From contig KZ539380.1 of assembly GCA_000934665.2 (NCBI GenBank), forward strand, positions 1 through 64,000: a stretch of 64,000 nucleotides of DNA, given 5' to 3'. The DNA is from Catajapyx aquilonaris (taxonomy: Eukaryota). The first letter of the stretch is position 1; every line of letters begins with the position of its first letter. Shown piece after piece: positions 21,146 to 36,100 of this stretch. The translations under genes were made by a program, and so were the position numbers. The notes beneath the pieces are model-generated. The model saw only the letters and a program-made list of their open reading frames with translations, did no database searches and was not told where the DNA came from.

Positions 21146-24100
21146 TCACACTTTAGATTCTTCTGCTACTTTCTCTCCGTCTTTGGCATTTTCAACTTTT
21201 TTGACTTCTTCATCTATCAGTTGGAGCGAGCCGGCCTTGTAATAAGTGATAATCTCGAAGACACCCGCTATCATTAGGAAGCACGCCGTCAACAGGTGGA
21301 ACTTGAACCTGCGGAATGGGAAATGAAGAATTGTATTCACAGACTGTTTTGCTGGTCTTTGGCCTGCTGGTGTCCCTCAACACATGTATAGGCATTTAAG
21401 GATTACCTGAAGGAATCGACGTCATAGAGCCAACACGCTCCTCTAGCACCACAAGACTCCTCCCACACGAGACAGGAGGAATCTATGAAGGCTCCGTAGA
21501 TGAGTGGCGCCGGCAAGATGCCAACTCCACTCACGGCAGTTGACAAGAAGCCAAGGGCCACAGCCTTGTCTTCTTCCCTCACGCATCTGCCGGTCATTCA
21601 TTCAACCTCGTTACATAAGAAATGCTGGGACGGAAAGTACAGCTCACCTGAGATCAATGATAATGTTTCCGATGATGGAAGTGGAGACGAGGAACTTGAT
21701 TAACGCGAGTATGCAGCCATAGAGGATCAAGTTGGAGCACCAGCCTCCACAGAAGCCCTTTTTAACGATCTTGTCCAGCTCGGGGGCACAGGTGCAGTTG
21801 GTGTATCCAAGTACCGATGTTGATGAATTATCTCGCAGGCTGACTGTGCATCCGGCATGACACGCGGAGAAGAATGGTTGTGATCCAGTAGGTCCTTCCA
21901 TGCACACCGGCACGAAGGCATCCGTGCCGCAGTCGCAATTTGCATTGCAAGATGAGTTCAGCTGCAGGCTGTGGAAGGACAATAAAGATGTCGGAAGGGG
22001 CGCCTAATTTTTTATTCGCCTGCTTCGCACAACAACACTCGCATGCATCATTGGGAAACAGCAGCAGACAGTAATTTTTCCTCTTGCGCATTTACTTGTA
22101 GAAGTGCCAAATGAGTGAATTGCATGCATACTGAACTGGCTGTCAAAATTCCTACATCGTGCCAATCGGCATTAAAATGAATGATGAATAGAAGATAAAT
22201 CCGGTGTTTTGTGACGCCCCTTCAGTTTTCTCAATTTATCAACCCGGCCGATATACCGACCGGAGAAGAGAGCATTAGGTAACAACATTCATTTGTCATC
22301 ATACATATTGACAAGAGGTGGTACTGTACGTGTTGATAGAGTTTCAATATCCGGTTCGTCAATCTGCAGGCTCCGTAATAAGCAAATGGAATAATTTCCA
22401 ATGCATTTAGCATACCGCGAGCATATACGCAGGCATAACAATGACACTAAAGTGTGCAAGTGAATGATTAATTGCGGGCTAAATAATAGCAGCAGTCCAT
22501 CACCTTCCATCAGTCATCAGTGTTCCCGGCAAGTGCTTATCTTGTTCTTCGCAACTGAGGAACATAAGTCCCAGGAGGCCGGCGGCGTACAGGTACTTGC
22601 AAAGGGCGACGAGGGCGGCCACGGTCCTTGCTCTTGGACGAAACTTGCGCATTAGGATGCCACTCAGCAAAACCCCGACGATCATGGTCACGTTGCCGGC
22701 CAGCCCTGCCGAATACACATACATACATCATTTCAGAGAAATTAACGAGCCGTTGGCGTGACCGGCTGCTATGGCGCTTCATTCCCATGGTACGTCTCAG
22801 ATAATCTATCGCACACAGCAAAGCAGGGAAACAATTACCGCTGCGTGCACTTTGCAAACGGCCCGAGACTGACTGCTGGAGCGGTAATTACCGGCGTACA
22901 AGGAAGCCTGTCCCTTTGTGACGTGGAACTGGTGCTCCAGAAACTTGGGCAACCAGATGAAGTAGCCCGCCAGACCTATCACGCTGAACATGCCGCTGAA
23001 GGCTGAGCACACCAGGATCGGATTTCGCAGGAGTCGCACCAGGGCTTCCCAGAGATCTAGAGGAGTCACGCGTATAAATAATTATGCGGTGCCAGTTAAT
23101 GCCACGTGCCACTCGCTCTCTTCTCCTTACCGTGAAGTTGGAGCGCTTCCACAGCCTTCTTCTTAGTTTGCTCTTCTTTGATGACGGGAAGGTTGGTGCC
23201 ATTCTTGATGTCGGTAAACTTTGGCGAGGGAATTTGAGTGGTCTTGATTGATCCGTTCACCTGTGATTCCTGGGATTTGGTCGGGGCTTGAAGTCTCCTA
23301 GGGAACAGGGCCATGAGCACTGCGCAGATGGTGATGAAGAAACCCATGACTAGGAATCCTAGCCACCAAGCACCTATCCACCGTGGATCCCTCTGGTCTA
23401 TGCCTGAATAAGCATATGCGATCAATGTATAAAAAACGAAACATCTCTTTCACACAGAATATATATGTCAGAAATGCCATAAATTAACCTGGATCGACAG
23501 TTGGATACACGTAGAGGCGTAGGCAGGCAGAACTCAGCATGTAACCTAGCAGGGGGCCTATGATTCGCACCGAAGTACTTATAGCTGAAAAGGGCACGTA
23601 TTGATCAGATGACAAGATTCACATTCCCCCTTCTCCGTATAGCAAGCTAAGAAAAAGTGTTTTGTATGTTATCCAGTCATTTTTAAATACTTACACGTGC
23701 ATGTATATTTTCCTGAGGCGTAATATTGGATCACTTTAATCAAATCACTTTGAACTAATTTGCTTTTATTTTATGAACTTCCAAATCCTAGAGAAGTAAT
23801 TTCCTTTAATATTATTCAAGTCACATGCCGTAGCACATGGTAGGTCGGTGTTTTCAAGTCAAGTCACATGCCTGCCAAGTCAATATTTCCATAATGTTCT
23901 ACTAAGACCAAAATGCGAAAGGGTGGGTGCAGCAGTCTTACCAAAATACATGGGCGAATCTTTTTTCGGAATACTGTCGTCCATGTATGGGGCTCCAATG
24001 GTGTACACTGTAGTGCTTCCGATTCCTGAAAAAGAAAATAATATTAATTCTTTGCGGGCTGAATAATGCAGCGTGTCCGAGCGTGCCAGTCGCCACTTCT

Positions 24101-25192
24101 AGCGTAGGCCATCTGACAGTGCACTCGAGTGTAGGCTATATTACGAGACGGATGCATCAAAGGCAGTGTACGATGTTAGACAGTTTATGTCGAAAGGCTG
24201 GTTGATTCGCAAAGGAACTTAGCAAGCCTTGATTTAAGCTGGTTTTTCGGCATTTAGGTTTGTACATTATTTGAATTAACATGGTGCATCCGGCCATAAG
24301 TTATTACTCAACATCCCGAGGCGCGCAGACCACATAAATGAACTTTGTCTGATAAGCGCAATATTGTTTTAAAACAGTGTTGCAGCCTCGGGCCATCAGA
24401 AACCTGTACAATTTAAAGTTAAATTCAAGGGATACGCTTTTTCAGCTTTATCAACTTCGTCTAAGGACTCTTAGAAGCTCTATACAGTAGTATACAGTAC
24501 CGTACATCATACATGTATGCAGGTTTTAATCAGTGTGCGAAGAGACTATTTTAGTTTGATGAAGTACTTAAAAATGAGTTATTATTGATGATGCTGGGCC
24601 ATGGTAATTTAGTCATGGATGCAACACGCAGTGTACGTATAGCTCGATGTGCTTGTAAATTATGAGAAGAGCTCCAATTAGAAAAGGCGTTTTAAAGTTA
24701 TGTATACATGCATCTCTCTTGGTGGGCGATGCGTAGGCCTGTATTTGTTCAGTTTCTATTGCAGTTAAAAAAGTCGCATTACATGTCAAATAAAGAGGGT
24801 AGTATACTGTTCACTGTTTGGTGTACTGTAGCTCACAAGCCATTATTATTTTCAACTTCCTTATTACCTTCTCTCTCACTCCAATAATATATTTGCTCGT
24901 GTCTTGTCTATAGAAGCGGATTCTTTTGTGATTTGGTGGATTGCTTGTGACTATATCGTGTATCATTTAGGCTTTGAGTTCTTATCAAACTAAATACCCT
25001 CAACACTTGGTTGAGTAGGTTCTTATTAAAGTTGCGTTTACTGCTTCACAATGTGATTACGATGGAAACAAAATCCCTCCACCTGGCTGATAAGATTGGT
25101 ATCCTCTTCAATATCGTGATATACTGGGTTCAACGTTTTGTGATATTATGTGCGAACTGATCCATCAACATGTAATAAGAAGAAGGAAAATT

Positions 25193-25246
<54 letters not shown>

Positions 25247-28200
25247 NATATAGCTTCCCTTTTTGAGGGATATCATAGCCATCGTCGCCGGAAGTCCGAC
25301 AGACACCACCATTAGAAATTAAAGTGGACGGAAATTGTATGTGGAGAAGGAGCATTATTTTTTTCATCATGCACTCCACTGGATTGAGCAACTTGCGACT
25401 CATTCATGTATGAATGAATGAATGAATTACATCTGACCCTGGTGTACAGTTGCCTTACGAGTACTTTTGTGACACTGTGAGCCGCAGAATCATGAAAGAG
25501 TCGCTACCTCAGCATAGACAACGAACGTTGATGTAAATTATTTTAAAATATGTGGGTAACTAACTCTGTTATGTCGCTGATTATTATCTTCGTCATCGGC
25601 CGACTACAGTGTGAAACTTTCACCTCTACTCGATATCAAAGCAATGAAAACTTATGCAAGTGCTCATGAAGGTCATAGTGACCCGAATCAAGAACGGTTC
25701 GTGCCAGCGTCATTCATCATGAGTAGTTTTTTAAACTTCCGGCCCGCATATGCGAAACGTGAATTCGAGACTTTTAAAATAAGGGAAAAAAAGTCGTGCT
25801 TGGTATTACCGCGTTGAATTACGTGCCTTGTTAGTTTCATTAAAAAGAATTTTTTTTAATGAAGAATGTACTGCGCATTGATGGTGCACTGTCCAAGTTC
25901 CCAGTTGAAGGGGAAGAAAGGATGGCCAGGAGTTACGGATTGTTTTCCTGGCAACCAGTGTAAAAAGAAGCAAGACGTTGGAATAAACAATCAGGCTCTC
26001 ATTCAGATGTGATTGCTGCCTCTCTTTAAACTCGTTTCTAGAGTAAACATTTAAACACCTTTTTAAAAACACTTTAATGGTCTTGTGCAGTGCAATACCC
26101 TTGGTATGTCTATCCACACATTTATACTGACGTTACCTTACTTCTCCCTGCACAGTGAGTAGTCAAGCATAATAATTGCCCCTTTCTTCTACCGAATTAA
26201 ACGGATTCCATATAAACCCTCCTAGATGCGGCCTTGAACAAGGCCCCAGAACATTTTAGCTTATTTTTAGATCGTTCGAAGTGGCCAGGGGGATTGCAAG
26301 TATTCGAAAGTTCAGTAATGAGTTTTTACATTAATATTTGGAACCTAATTATTAAAGGCTTACAAAAATGTTGGCTGATTAGTAGCTAATGCATCATTGC
26401 TGTAAATCCAATAGGTCCATTGATATTTGCTGGTAACATTGTTTGAACGCTACAGTGAGACACATTNNNNNNNNNNNNNNNNNNNNNNNNNNNNNNNNNN
26501 NNNNNNNNNNNNNNNNNNNNNNNNNNNNNNNNNNNNNNNNNNNNNNNNNNNNNNNNNNNNNNNNNNNNNNNNNNNNNNNNNNNNNNNNNNNNNNNNNNNN
26601 NNNNNNNNNNNNNNNNNNNNNNNNNNNNNNNNNNNNNNNNNNNNNNNNNNNNNNNNNNNNNNNNNNNNNNNNNNNNNNNNNNNNNNNNNNNNNNNNNNNN
26701 NNNNNNNNNNNNNNNNNNNNNNNNNGGGGGGGGGGGATAATTTACTCGGCATTTGAAGGTATAATTTTTGCGTAAGAATGACTATAGAGATGTGAACAGG
26801 CACGATTAATGGTAGTCAAACTCATTCTTTCTGCCTTCCCATTCCATCTCTCCCTCCACGCCTTTCCATATCTCTCCAATTTATTCCCACAGAGAGTGTG
26901 CCAATAACTTGCAAAATTTGTGTTCAAAAAAGAATGAAACACCGGTGAATTCATCATCACCACCACCATCAGTAGTAGCTCAGTAATACTAGTAAGGTGT
27001 CCCGACCAAAAAGGCCACCATGAAAGTTTAAAAAAAAAAACTTCCCTTTCCATATGGTGAATTGGAAGTTCAAACATTCCCCTTCTAATAGGTAAGCGAA
27101 CATTTCAAATATTCTTGGCTGGAGCTTTTTCTCACTTTCTCTCAAAATAGTAATTTTTAAAACCCGAGGGAAAAACACCTGAGGACCCAAGTGAGGCCCG
27201 ATATAATACTGTATATAGGAAGGTAATTTGGGGACCACTTTTGGTATATTCTTTAGTCAGACCTTGTTTCGCATGATACAAGGTAAGTCAGTACATGTCA
27301 ATTTTCACCGGGAACCATATCATAGTTAAAAAGTTATTGAGGAATGTTTGGGTTTCCATTCCAGAGATTCACCCTGTACAAAACTGAACTGAGCTGTACA
27401 GTTTTATCCTCGACGATTTCGACGATCACTAGTGCACAGGTGCCACTCTTCGCATTGCCACTTTACTAACAAATAAGTGGCCTAAATTGACATTCCATCC
27501 AATGACAATATGACATTCAGAAATAAGGCTTGGGCTTAATCGCACTCTGCAATTCATTGCAATCTAATGGCAAAGCTTAGGTTATAGATTTTTCAGTGCC
27601 ACCTTATTTCGAATTTCATATATTTCTCATGTACTGTAGGCCCTACGTTACTTTGTACAGTACTCTTATTAGGTAGTATATGCACTTGATCGTTTAATCG
27701 TGCTTTGATAACTCACCTGCATTTAGACCAGGACCCGACTGGAGTGACTCGACTCCCACAAATTATTCCAACCGGGATAGGCCATAATTTTATTGTGAGC
27801 CGAAATTTGCACCATCAAGAGGTTAATTACGTAGGTAACCACATCTTACTATAATGCCAGAAGTTCATAGCAGGCAAGAAAAATGCAAATAGCCAAATTA
27901 TGGGCCTGGTCTGATTTGATAGTGCTTAGCAGTATTAAATTCTTTTTGTACTAAATTGAAAATACTGATAAAATTACTGCTCATGTGTTACTCACCTAGT
28001 AAGGAGTACGCGAGGAACCATACTCCAAAAGCCAGGTATGTGGATTCGGTATTTACTGTACATGCTTTGGTGCTGTGATTACCTCCTGAGTATCCATTTT
28101 CGAGAGGCGCCACATTTACAGCCCTGGAAGAAACGACGGGTAGTTTGCATAAGAAATTAGGTAGTTGCGCAAAGTACTCTCTAGAAGAGGCGGAAGCAGG

Positions 28201-30616
28201 ACCCTAGAGAATAGTTTTGCCAGAGTTTTATTCTGGCATTTGTTCAGGATACTACTAACACATCAATGTTTCAAATAAAATATTCGGAAGATTTTCAAAA
28301 ATGTAAGATTGTGCATCTGTTTATGCATTGTGAATTCCTACAGTATAATTATGTGCACATAACCGACTTTTTCCTTAATTTGGTCTGATGTAACCGTCTT
28401 GAAATCTGAAGGTTAGTAATTTTAAGATCTGATTAAATTATATAAGGGCGTAATGCTAATATACTGTAGTAAATCTGCCAGCTACAAGTGATTGGCAATA
28501 GATTTTGTGCAGCAATTGTACGGAAAACACTGAAAACTCATCTAGGCTCGAAATTTAAAGCCGGGTCCTGCAGGGTACGTGTAACACTGTAAGTAGGCCT
28601 ACTTATTGTTCTTTTTTTTCCTATTTTTAAAACAGTGAATTATAAGTACGGTAGGTTTATAGACTACATCATTAGGTATGTTTTTTTCAGCGAAAGAACC
28701 AGAAAGAATTTTGATCAGAAGCCCTTGTCAAGTGCTGAAAGTAGCTTAAAAATACTCTCCACCATACTTGCAGAATTATAAGCTGATGTTATTGAGTTTC
28801 TTCCGTGGGGCAATAATGCTACTGAACGTACTAGGCTATAGCACCACTCTACGTGGCTTGAGCCTCAATTGATGAAAGCGTTTTCTCTCTAATACTGTCA
28901 TCGGTACTAAATTACATTGAATGATAATGAGTAAGCTAACGAGATTTCTCAAATATGCCACTTGGAAAACTGCAATTATTATAACTATTATAGCAGGCTG
29001 GCACTAATGGTGACTGCTTTGTTATACTGTGCTAAAATTTTTGTAATATTCTGGAAGCATCGTAGCATACACCTGTAGGGTATTAAAAGTTCAGATGTTA
29101 CAAATGTGCAACTGGCATCACTTGACTTATACATCCTGACCAGGAAGTCCTCCGGCACCGGCTAACACATTTACAACAAAGTTATGGTTTATGACAGGTG
29201 ACATTAGAGTATACACTATACAGTATAACATCCTATAAGCTTATGCGGCTGTCCTCGTCTCGGCATAGCATGTGACGTGGGAAGAGCTGTATCTCATGAA
29301 TGCGCAATGAATTTTGAATTGTCGCATAATTATTGTGGTTGAACCTGGCTGTTCGAGAGAGGAAATTACAGTACATGTCGAGTACATGTTCCCATACTCA
29401 AGCTACGTGTGCACGTCATTTCTTCGGATCTGCGACTTTGACTACGTCTTTGTCGGATCCTTATTGTTAAGTACCAGCCAGTGTAGGACCTGTCACTCTC
29501 GAAAACTACCTCATCCCATATGACAAGTGACACAGAGACGATGGATTTCCAGTCAGACGTGAAGGATAGTGGCACAGACCGTGACTGAGAGTAGTTGTCG
29601 ATGCGATACAAGAGCCGATCGCTGTTGTACTGAGGGAGGTTGCATAAGGCGTCATTGGTGGTGGCGTTGGCTTGCTGTCCCGATGATGCTGATGCGGAGA
29701 AGGATGGAGGTGGGAAGAGGAGGGAGGTGGAGAAGGAAATGAGACAGGCCATAGTCAGGAGGAAGAGGCCCACGCCCATCCACCTGGGCCGGTTGCCCCT
29801 GCTTCCGTAGAAACTCATGAATATGGCCGTCGCTACTGGGCCAAGCTCGCCCAGGGTAATGAAAAGCCCAGTTTGATTACTGCTCAGCTGGAAGTGACGC
29901 TCCACCGAGGTTGTTATGCCCACCACGTACGTGAACAGCATGCCTGTGCACAAAACAATATCATCAATTTGAAGTTTTGGTTTTGTGTTTTTTTTTCCCC
30001 CTCCCGCGGGTAGCATCAACTTCTATGTCGAAATGTCGTCATCAGGAAAACTACTTATTAGATGAGGTTCCAATTTTAGCTGACTGAAATGGACGTACAG
30101 GTATCGCTTGCGGAGGTTATTATTATTATTTGAATGAAATTACACGTTAAATGCACCGATCAATTATGGGGGATAATTTGAGCATATAAATGGGCTCTTA
30201 TTAGGGGCGATTTTTTTGTCACTAGAGAGATGAACTCAACCAAGTGTTCGGGGGTTCGCCTGCATGTAATTCTGCAGAATTGAAATTGTTTTCAGATACA
30301 TTTTACAAATGCTATATGATTACTCATATCAAACTTCGAATCGAGTGTAAGGTGACAGCGACATTTCTCCAGAGAAGGTGTGCTTCCGTCAAATATGACA
30401 TACGCAAACTTGTGCATAGTAATAACAACAAATACATTATTTACCTTGGATGATGTTTTTGAGACAAAAGAAGGCCAGAAACATCTTTGGAGTGGCGAAT
30501 CTCTGCAGCGAATCCGGGTAGAAATTTAAAAGTCCCATGCCGCACTTAGTCTCCGTTGATCTCCGTTGTTCCTGTTCGTCATCTTCGGAAGGTGGCACTT
30601 TCACACCGTCACTCAT
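21146..30616 (-). CDS. Solute carrier organic anion transporter (SLCO/OATP family), ~715 aa
   Basis: Exons 30445-30616, ~29580-29943 (donor uncertain), 27996-28123, 23942-24025, 23489-23584, 23131-23403, 22892-23056, 22504-22705, 21648-21968, 21407-21586, 21146-21308. OATP signature DPRWIGAWWLGFL, GNRPRW, Kazal-like loop CNANCDC...PVC...FSACHAGC, and PAPLIYGAFIDSSCLVWEESCGARGACWLYD. Confidence 0.92.
25196..25246. repeat. (GA)n microsatellite
   Basis: About 25 GA units ending at an N. Confidence 0.95.
26467..26725. other. Assembly gap (N run) followed by a poly-G
   Basis: 259 Ns inside SLCO intron 3. Confidence 0.99.
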
Positions 30617-31048
30617 TTTGTCTACAAAACGGTATCGGCTTTGCTAAGTACGAGATACAGTCAGAATTGGGCAGACATGACCGTCACATGTCCGACCTAT
30701 TATGCGCTCTAGAGTGTTCGTTGCCTTGGTGGCCTATTGCAATCTTCGCCCATATTGAAGAGCTTGGCCTCACGCCATCATTCATAACCATCTACGCGTC
30801 ACACACTCACACACACATTTAGTTGGTTTGGTGTCGCATTTTCCATATTCGGGGCAGAAAGGTTCAGGACACATTTCATGATGCAACACACAGGCGGAAA
30901 CAGGGATGCGGAAGATGTTATGATACAATAATATTGACATAAACGCATTGTTCTCGCATGCAATTGGGGAATCCTGAAGTCATTATTAGGGCATACTCGA
31001 TTTATGTCACTAATAGAGATGTATAGGCACTGATTTATTCCTTTAAGT

Positions 31049-31349
31049 CAGTGCGTCCCAAACTGTGGGTCGCGACCCCATTTAGGGTCGCGAACTTAAT
31101 ATTTGGGGTCGCGAGGGAGGGTAAAAAGTTATTTTCACAAAATGATTATATCTCTCTTGAAAATTATGCCCATCGAGGTAAGTTACAGAGCAATTCAGAC
31201 ACTCGATAATAGAACTATTTATCAATTTTCACATCACTGTTTACATACGTCTTTTCATGTTGGGGGATCTAATTGCACACATCTGGGGGGTCGCGAATTT
31301 TACGATACGATGTTTTGGGATCGCCAACGAAAAAGATTGGGAACTACTG
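31049..31349. mobile_element. hAT (Charlie-like) MITE
   Basis: CAGTGCGTCCCAAACT ... AGATTGGGAACTACTG termini and repeated subterminal GGGTCGCGA motifs. TSD is degenerate. Confidence 0.65.
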
Positions 31350-31465
31350 CGTGTAAGTGCTCTAAAGTTAGGTATAGGCCCCTACTGTAGTACATCGGAC
31401 AAAAAGATGAGACTCAAAGTAGTCTCAATATTTTTCCGATTTAGTACGTTTACTTGTGTAATATA

Positions 31466-31649
31466 CATGGTGTTCCAAATTCGTGGGTCGTTTTCATATA
31501 ACCGATATCGCCCGATAGCAGTTATTTCTTTGTAACTTGTTGTGCCCCTGACCATGTGCCCAATCTATAGCAACTGCTATATTCGACGCCCAGTGGTGCT
31601 AAATCAGTTAAGTTATATGAAAACGATCCACGAATTTGGAACATCCTGG
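31466..31649. mobile_element. Tc1/mariner-type MITE, internally deleted copy of the 19480 family
   Basis: TGTTCCAAATTCGTGGGTCGTTTT...CTTGTTGTGCCCCT...CCACGAATTTGGAACATCCTG is shared with 19480-19704. Confidence 0.75.
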
Positions 31650-33000
31650 TATAGATAACTTGAAGAAGAAGAAAAAACTTACCAAAGGTGCTGCATAGCA
31701 TTACGTTATTAAGGGTCTTATATTTCATGTAAACATGTCACATTTTTGAGCCAATTTGTGTTAATTAATCTCCGTCTCTTTAATTGACGACTACTCTTTT
31801 TATAAAGAAATGTGAGGTTGCTGCTGACGCAGGAAAAAGTTTATTCCTCTATTGTATCAATCACGAAATTTTTCCTATAGATCAAATAATAGGCGTAAGT
31901 AGTAGTTAAAATCACCCTCATCTATAAGCATTTTCATTATTACCGTTTTGTGATGTAACGAATTTCACACGGCAATACTGTTACAGTGCCATTGTTCGAG
32001 CCATTGATATATGGGCATTTTTGCTCTTCTGAACACCCAATGGGGCGTCGCAAATGTAATATATTTTATAACTGTCCGTCAATTTCCGCAGCAGCAGCAG
32101 CAGTGATTAAAAATTGCATATTTGCTTGTAGCTATTTGAAATTAATAATATTAGCATTTGAAATAAGTGCCGTCAGCGTCATGCTTCAAAATTTTCAAGT
32201 GCGTGTTTCGGATTGAGTGTGCGTATGAAATAAAGAGTAATTATTTTGGCTTCGCAACATGTTGAGAACCTATAATGTACCTGACTGTAACCGAAGTAAT
32301 TGGTGAAAACTGGCTCCAGGTAAAACGTGTTTTAGCCTACTATAACTGGTGTCGAGTGGTCGTATCCACATTAGGAGAAAATAACCAACTTATCACTTTT
32401 GTTGTTTAACGACTTTAACATATTCTTCATGACACTAGCAATTTTATTACCGCCAGCTACCCTGTCAGAGAATAGGCTATGTTGTAAGCTACCATTGTAT
32501 TCAACGTCATATTGTTGCTCGTATGTGTGCAATACTTACTGACTTCAAGTGGTGGTAGAGCCAATTTCTCAAAGCACTAGTATTTTGTGCAGCAGTCAGT
32601 TGAAAACCCATTCCTTATTCCCCTGAACATAAATACAGTCTTGTGTGGCAGACATCGCTGTGCAGTTACAGCGAGTTACAGGGTGCTCAAAGAGCAGGAA
32701 ACTGGTTCAGTAATTACACCTTATATCTACTTTGCACTTTCACTCCTGGCACGTTCTCGCGCCCCAGCGTCTACTCGATTGGGTCCAATGGGACTGCATT
32801 AACTTTTTGCCTCTTGTGGCCTGGAATTCTTCCTTTTTGCAGGTAGCCTATACCTCCCCTAAGAAAAAAGGTCCGTTAGTTCTCCGCTTGAAGGGAGTGT
32901 GCAATCATTGTAACATTTCATTAGCCAAGTATTCTCTCCACCAAGGAATTTATCAAATTGTGAAAATATTATTTGCCGACTTATACTGAGCTCCGGTATA

Positions 33001-33166
33001 CGTGGATTGGAATAGAAGTCATGGCGAGTGTTTTATTCGAACACATTGGCCTGCACAGGTATGAACAGCAGACTTACGTATTCGGTTGACAATATTTTCC
33101 CATTTTGAGCACCATAAACGTATTCGAATAAAAAAATATGCCCCATGGCTTCTGTTCCAACCCACG
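33001..33166. mobile_element. Small TA-flanked MITE
   Basis: TA|CGTGGATTGGAATAGAAGTCATGG ... CCATGGCTTCTGTTCCAACCCACG|TA imperfect TIRs, with inner TTTTATTCGAA/TTCGAATAAAA. Confidence 0.65.
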
Positions 33167-36100
33167 TATTTAAAGGGGCACTAGGTATACACACTATACT
33201 GTAGTTGTCGCTGACTACCCCATTTCTGGGATTGTGCCGTGATGTAATGCATGAATGGAGGAAAGAAAGAAAATAATGATTTTAATTATAAATTTAATTG
33301 AAATAGATGAGATTATCAAAATATCATTCTATAAATTACTACGGATGTTAAAAGATATTTCAATCGGAATTTTTAAAAATAATCAAGTAAACTTATTAAT
33401 GAAAACAATGGGGATGGGTCTGAAGTACAAAATGCCTAACTAATAATACGTAGACAATAGGAGAGGCACCCTTTCAAGTTACGGTATTAACAAACATACA
33501 GTAGTGCAACTGAGGCAATTAGTTATGCTATGAATTTTATCAATTAATCGTCACAATATGAATATTACACCCATTCGCCATGCCCCAAATCCTGCATCCC
33601 ACTTATTAAGAGAAAGATCATATTATGCGCTCTCCGGAAACAGCAACTACTATACTTGTACTAGATCCTGCAAGTTTGACAATAGCTGCCCACAGTAATG
33701 CCAGTTAAGCAGAACTATATGGAGTAAACCGCTTCTCCGCATCATGTTATATTTAACTGGTTAATATATTTTGGACGGAACTGATATATCACGAATATTA
33801 GATTGGCATCTATCCAAAAATCTTTTTCTGTGACACATGAGTGGTATTAATATCGTACAAAGAGACAGGCCGTAATATTATTATCCGCTTACTCATTCGC
33901 ACTCCGAGCTAATGTTAAAAGGTTATTACATCAATGGGTTGTATCGTCCACGCTCCAAGGGCCGAGGTAAAAAAAAAAAAGTATACATGGTGGAAGAAAT
34001 AAATAGATCTGAACTGAATTGTCATATGTACACTTGTTGCCTGACTCGAATGACACTTGTTTCACCCGTGTATACTGTAAATTTTATCAGCAAATAAAGT
34101 ACTAGTTAATGACCAAGAAGATTCGAAATTTTTGAATTAACGAGGCCATATAGCGGAAACATTAAACAGTGATCGGTACATACGATACGGTACCTTATTA
34201 TTTGAGAAAAGTGATGCAGTATGTTGCCTTCTTGTTCTCAGTGTCAGAACTGAATGTAATAAGTGTAGAAATTATCCGAGACAATGACAATGTTTTTTAC
34301 AGCCTATTGTTAGAGGACTATAGTGTTTTGTTAGTGATAGTGAGACTAAGATAAAGGGTTGCAGTGGAACATTTGGTTGATCTGAAGTGCAGGAGCAGCA
34401 GTCGTGGAATGTTATCTTGCAAGCGAGAGGATAAAAGTCCCGAGTCTTGCAGTGGAATGAAGGGCAGACAGAAGAATCTCAGTTATTTGTGCGTTGAATT
34501 GCTGGCATCTCGAATAGGAATTGCCCGTGTTAGTAGAAACAACGTGAATCATGCTTAATGACAATAAATAATTTGTGCAGTTGGCTTTGACAGATCCCCA
34601 GGGTAATGAATTATCAATGAGTGTTTCTCGAAAGACCATGGTAACTAAATATTTAAATTTATCTGAGCTCTGACTCCTTGTAGAGAATCTGAAGGGCTCT
34701 ATTGACACCACAAGCCGCTTTTATTGTTGCGGTTGGATAGCACGTAACGTTGACTATTCCCTAGCCGCTTCTCACTGAGTACAGTGTGAATTTCACTGTG
34801 AGCTGCAGTTAATCATATCACTTAAATATGTCCTTCGCGTGTTTTACGTGGGCAATAATCACATCTGGTTTGTTACTTCATGAAGTTATACAAAAATTTA
34901 GGATATGTCATTTGCTAGACATTATTTCTACTTTCACTGGACCGGTTGTGCACACTCAAAATAAATGTTCAGGTTACATGATGTTACCTCACAAAGACGG
35001 ATGAAATTTCATAGAAATCGAACGGACGGACTCGCATCCAGCGCATGAAATATTGAGTTTGTGACTCACCCATAGTGTGTAGCTTGTCGGGCAGTTATGC
35101 ACCCTGGCTCACCTACACTTGCAAATAATAGGCACAGTTGCAATGGCAAGCTGTACCGCAGAGAAAGGCGGCGGATTAGGCCTTCGGGTATATACAGTAG
35201 GCGTGTGCGTGCCATTTCCATTCCCCCTCTCTGTCCTCCTCCTCCCTTTTCCTCTCTCAAACCCATCCCCTGTAGCATGCATTTTTTCTGCATAGACACA
35301 TTCGCTTCTATTCAGAAATTCTTTCCAATTTGGCAACTGAGTCTACCCATCACAACGTCATGCTCGGACGTAGGAGGTGTTTAATCGAGGAGTATTTGTT
35401 ACCCTTGCCTCATAACTGGATGTTATATAAATGAACTGTATAGGAGTCAGGGTTGCAACGTAATAATTGTAACGTACATCATTTACGTGACTTCCGGTTG
35501 TTTTTTAAAAAGTTTTCCAACAACCTTGATTCCAACGGTTGTGTACTGTGCACGCAAAGTTATGTGGCAACATTGCAAATGATTTTTTTTTCAAGTCATT
35601 GAATCAGGTAGCTTACAACTGGCCATGCGGGGAAAGAGGAATGGGGTCATCAAACTATGGGTAGGAATGTGCGAATAATTGTTACGGGCGATGTAACACA
35701 AATTTTGGTGATTGGGATCGTTTGCTAACCTGCGATGGTCTAGCTATATGCGCCGCAAGAGATGAGGAAACGCTGGGGATAGAAATCGATACTTTCCTTA
35801 CCCTTTCTTGAATTCCTGGAGAATTCGTCTGCCGCCAAGTCATTCCTGTTCCCTTTCACTTATATGCACGGGAAATTTTCCCTGTCTCTTTTCTTGTTTT
35901 TCATAAGAAGCGGTCGAGAAACTGTGTCACGAGACTGAGGCGTATATAAGTGAGTACATACCTTGCGACTCCTGCGGCAACGTCAAGTGCCACTGGCGCG
36001 GTTCTCAATCTGGCTCTAGAGTGGAAGTAAGCGAAGGTTACCATCGCTTTTATTTCTTTCAGACCTACGTATCCATGCAGTTACAGGCACTAGTAATAAC

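Noticed and set aside
26427..26803. ORFs of about 110 aa in the ORF track
   Set aside because: Artefacts of the N gap.
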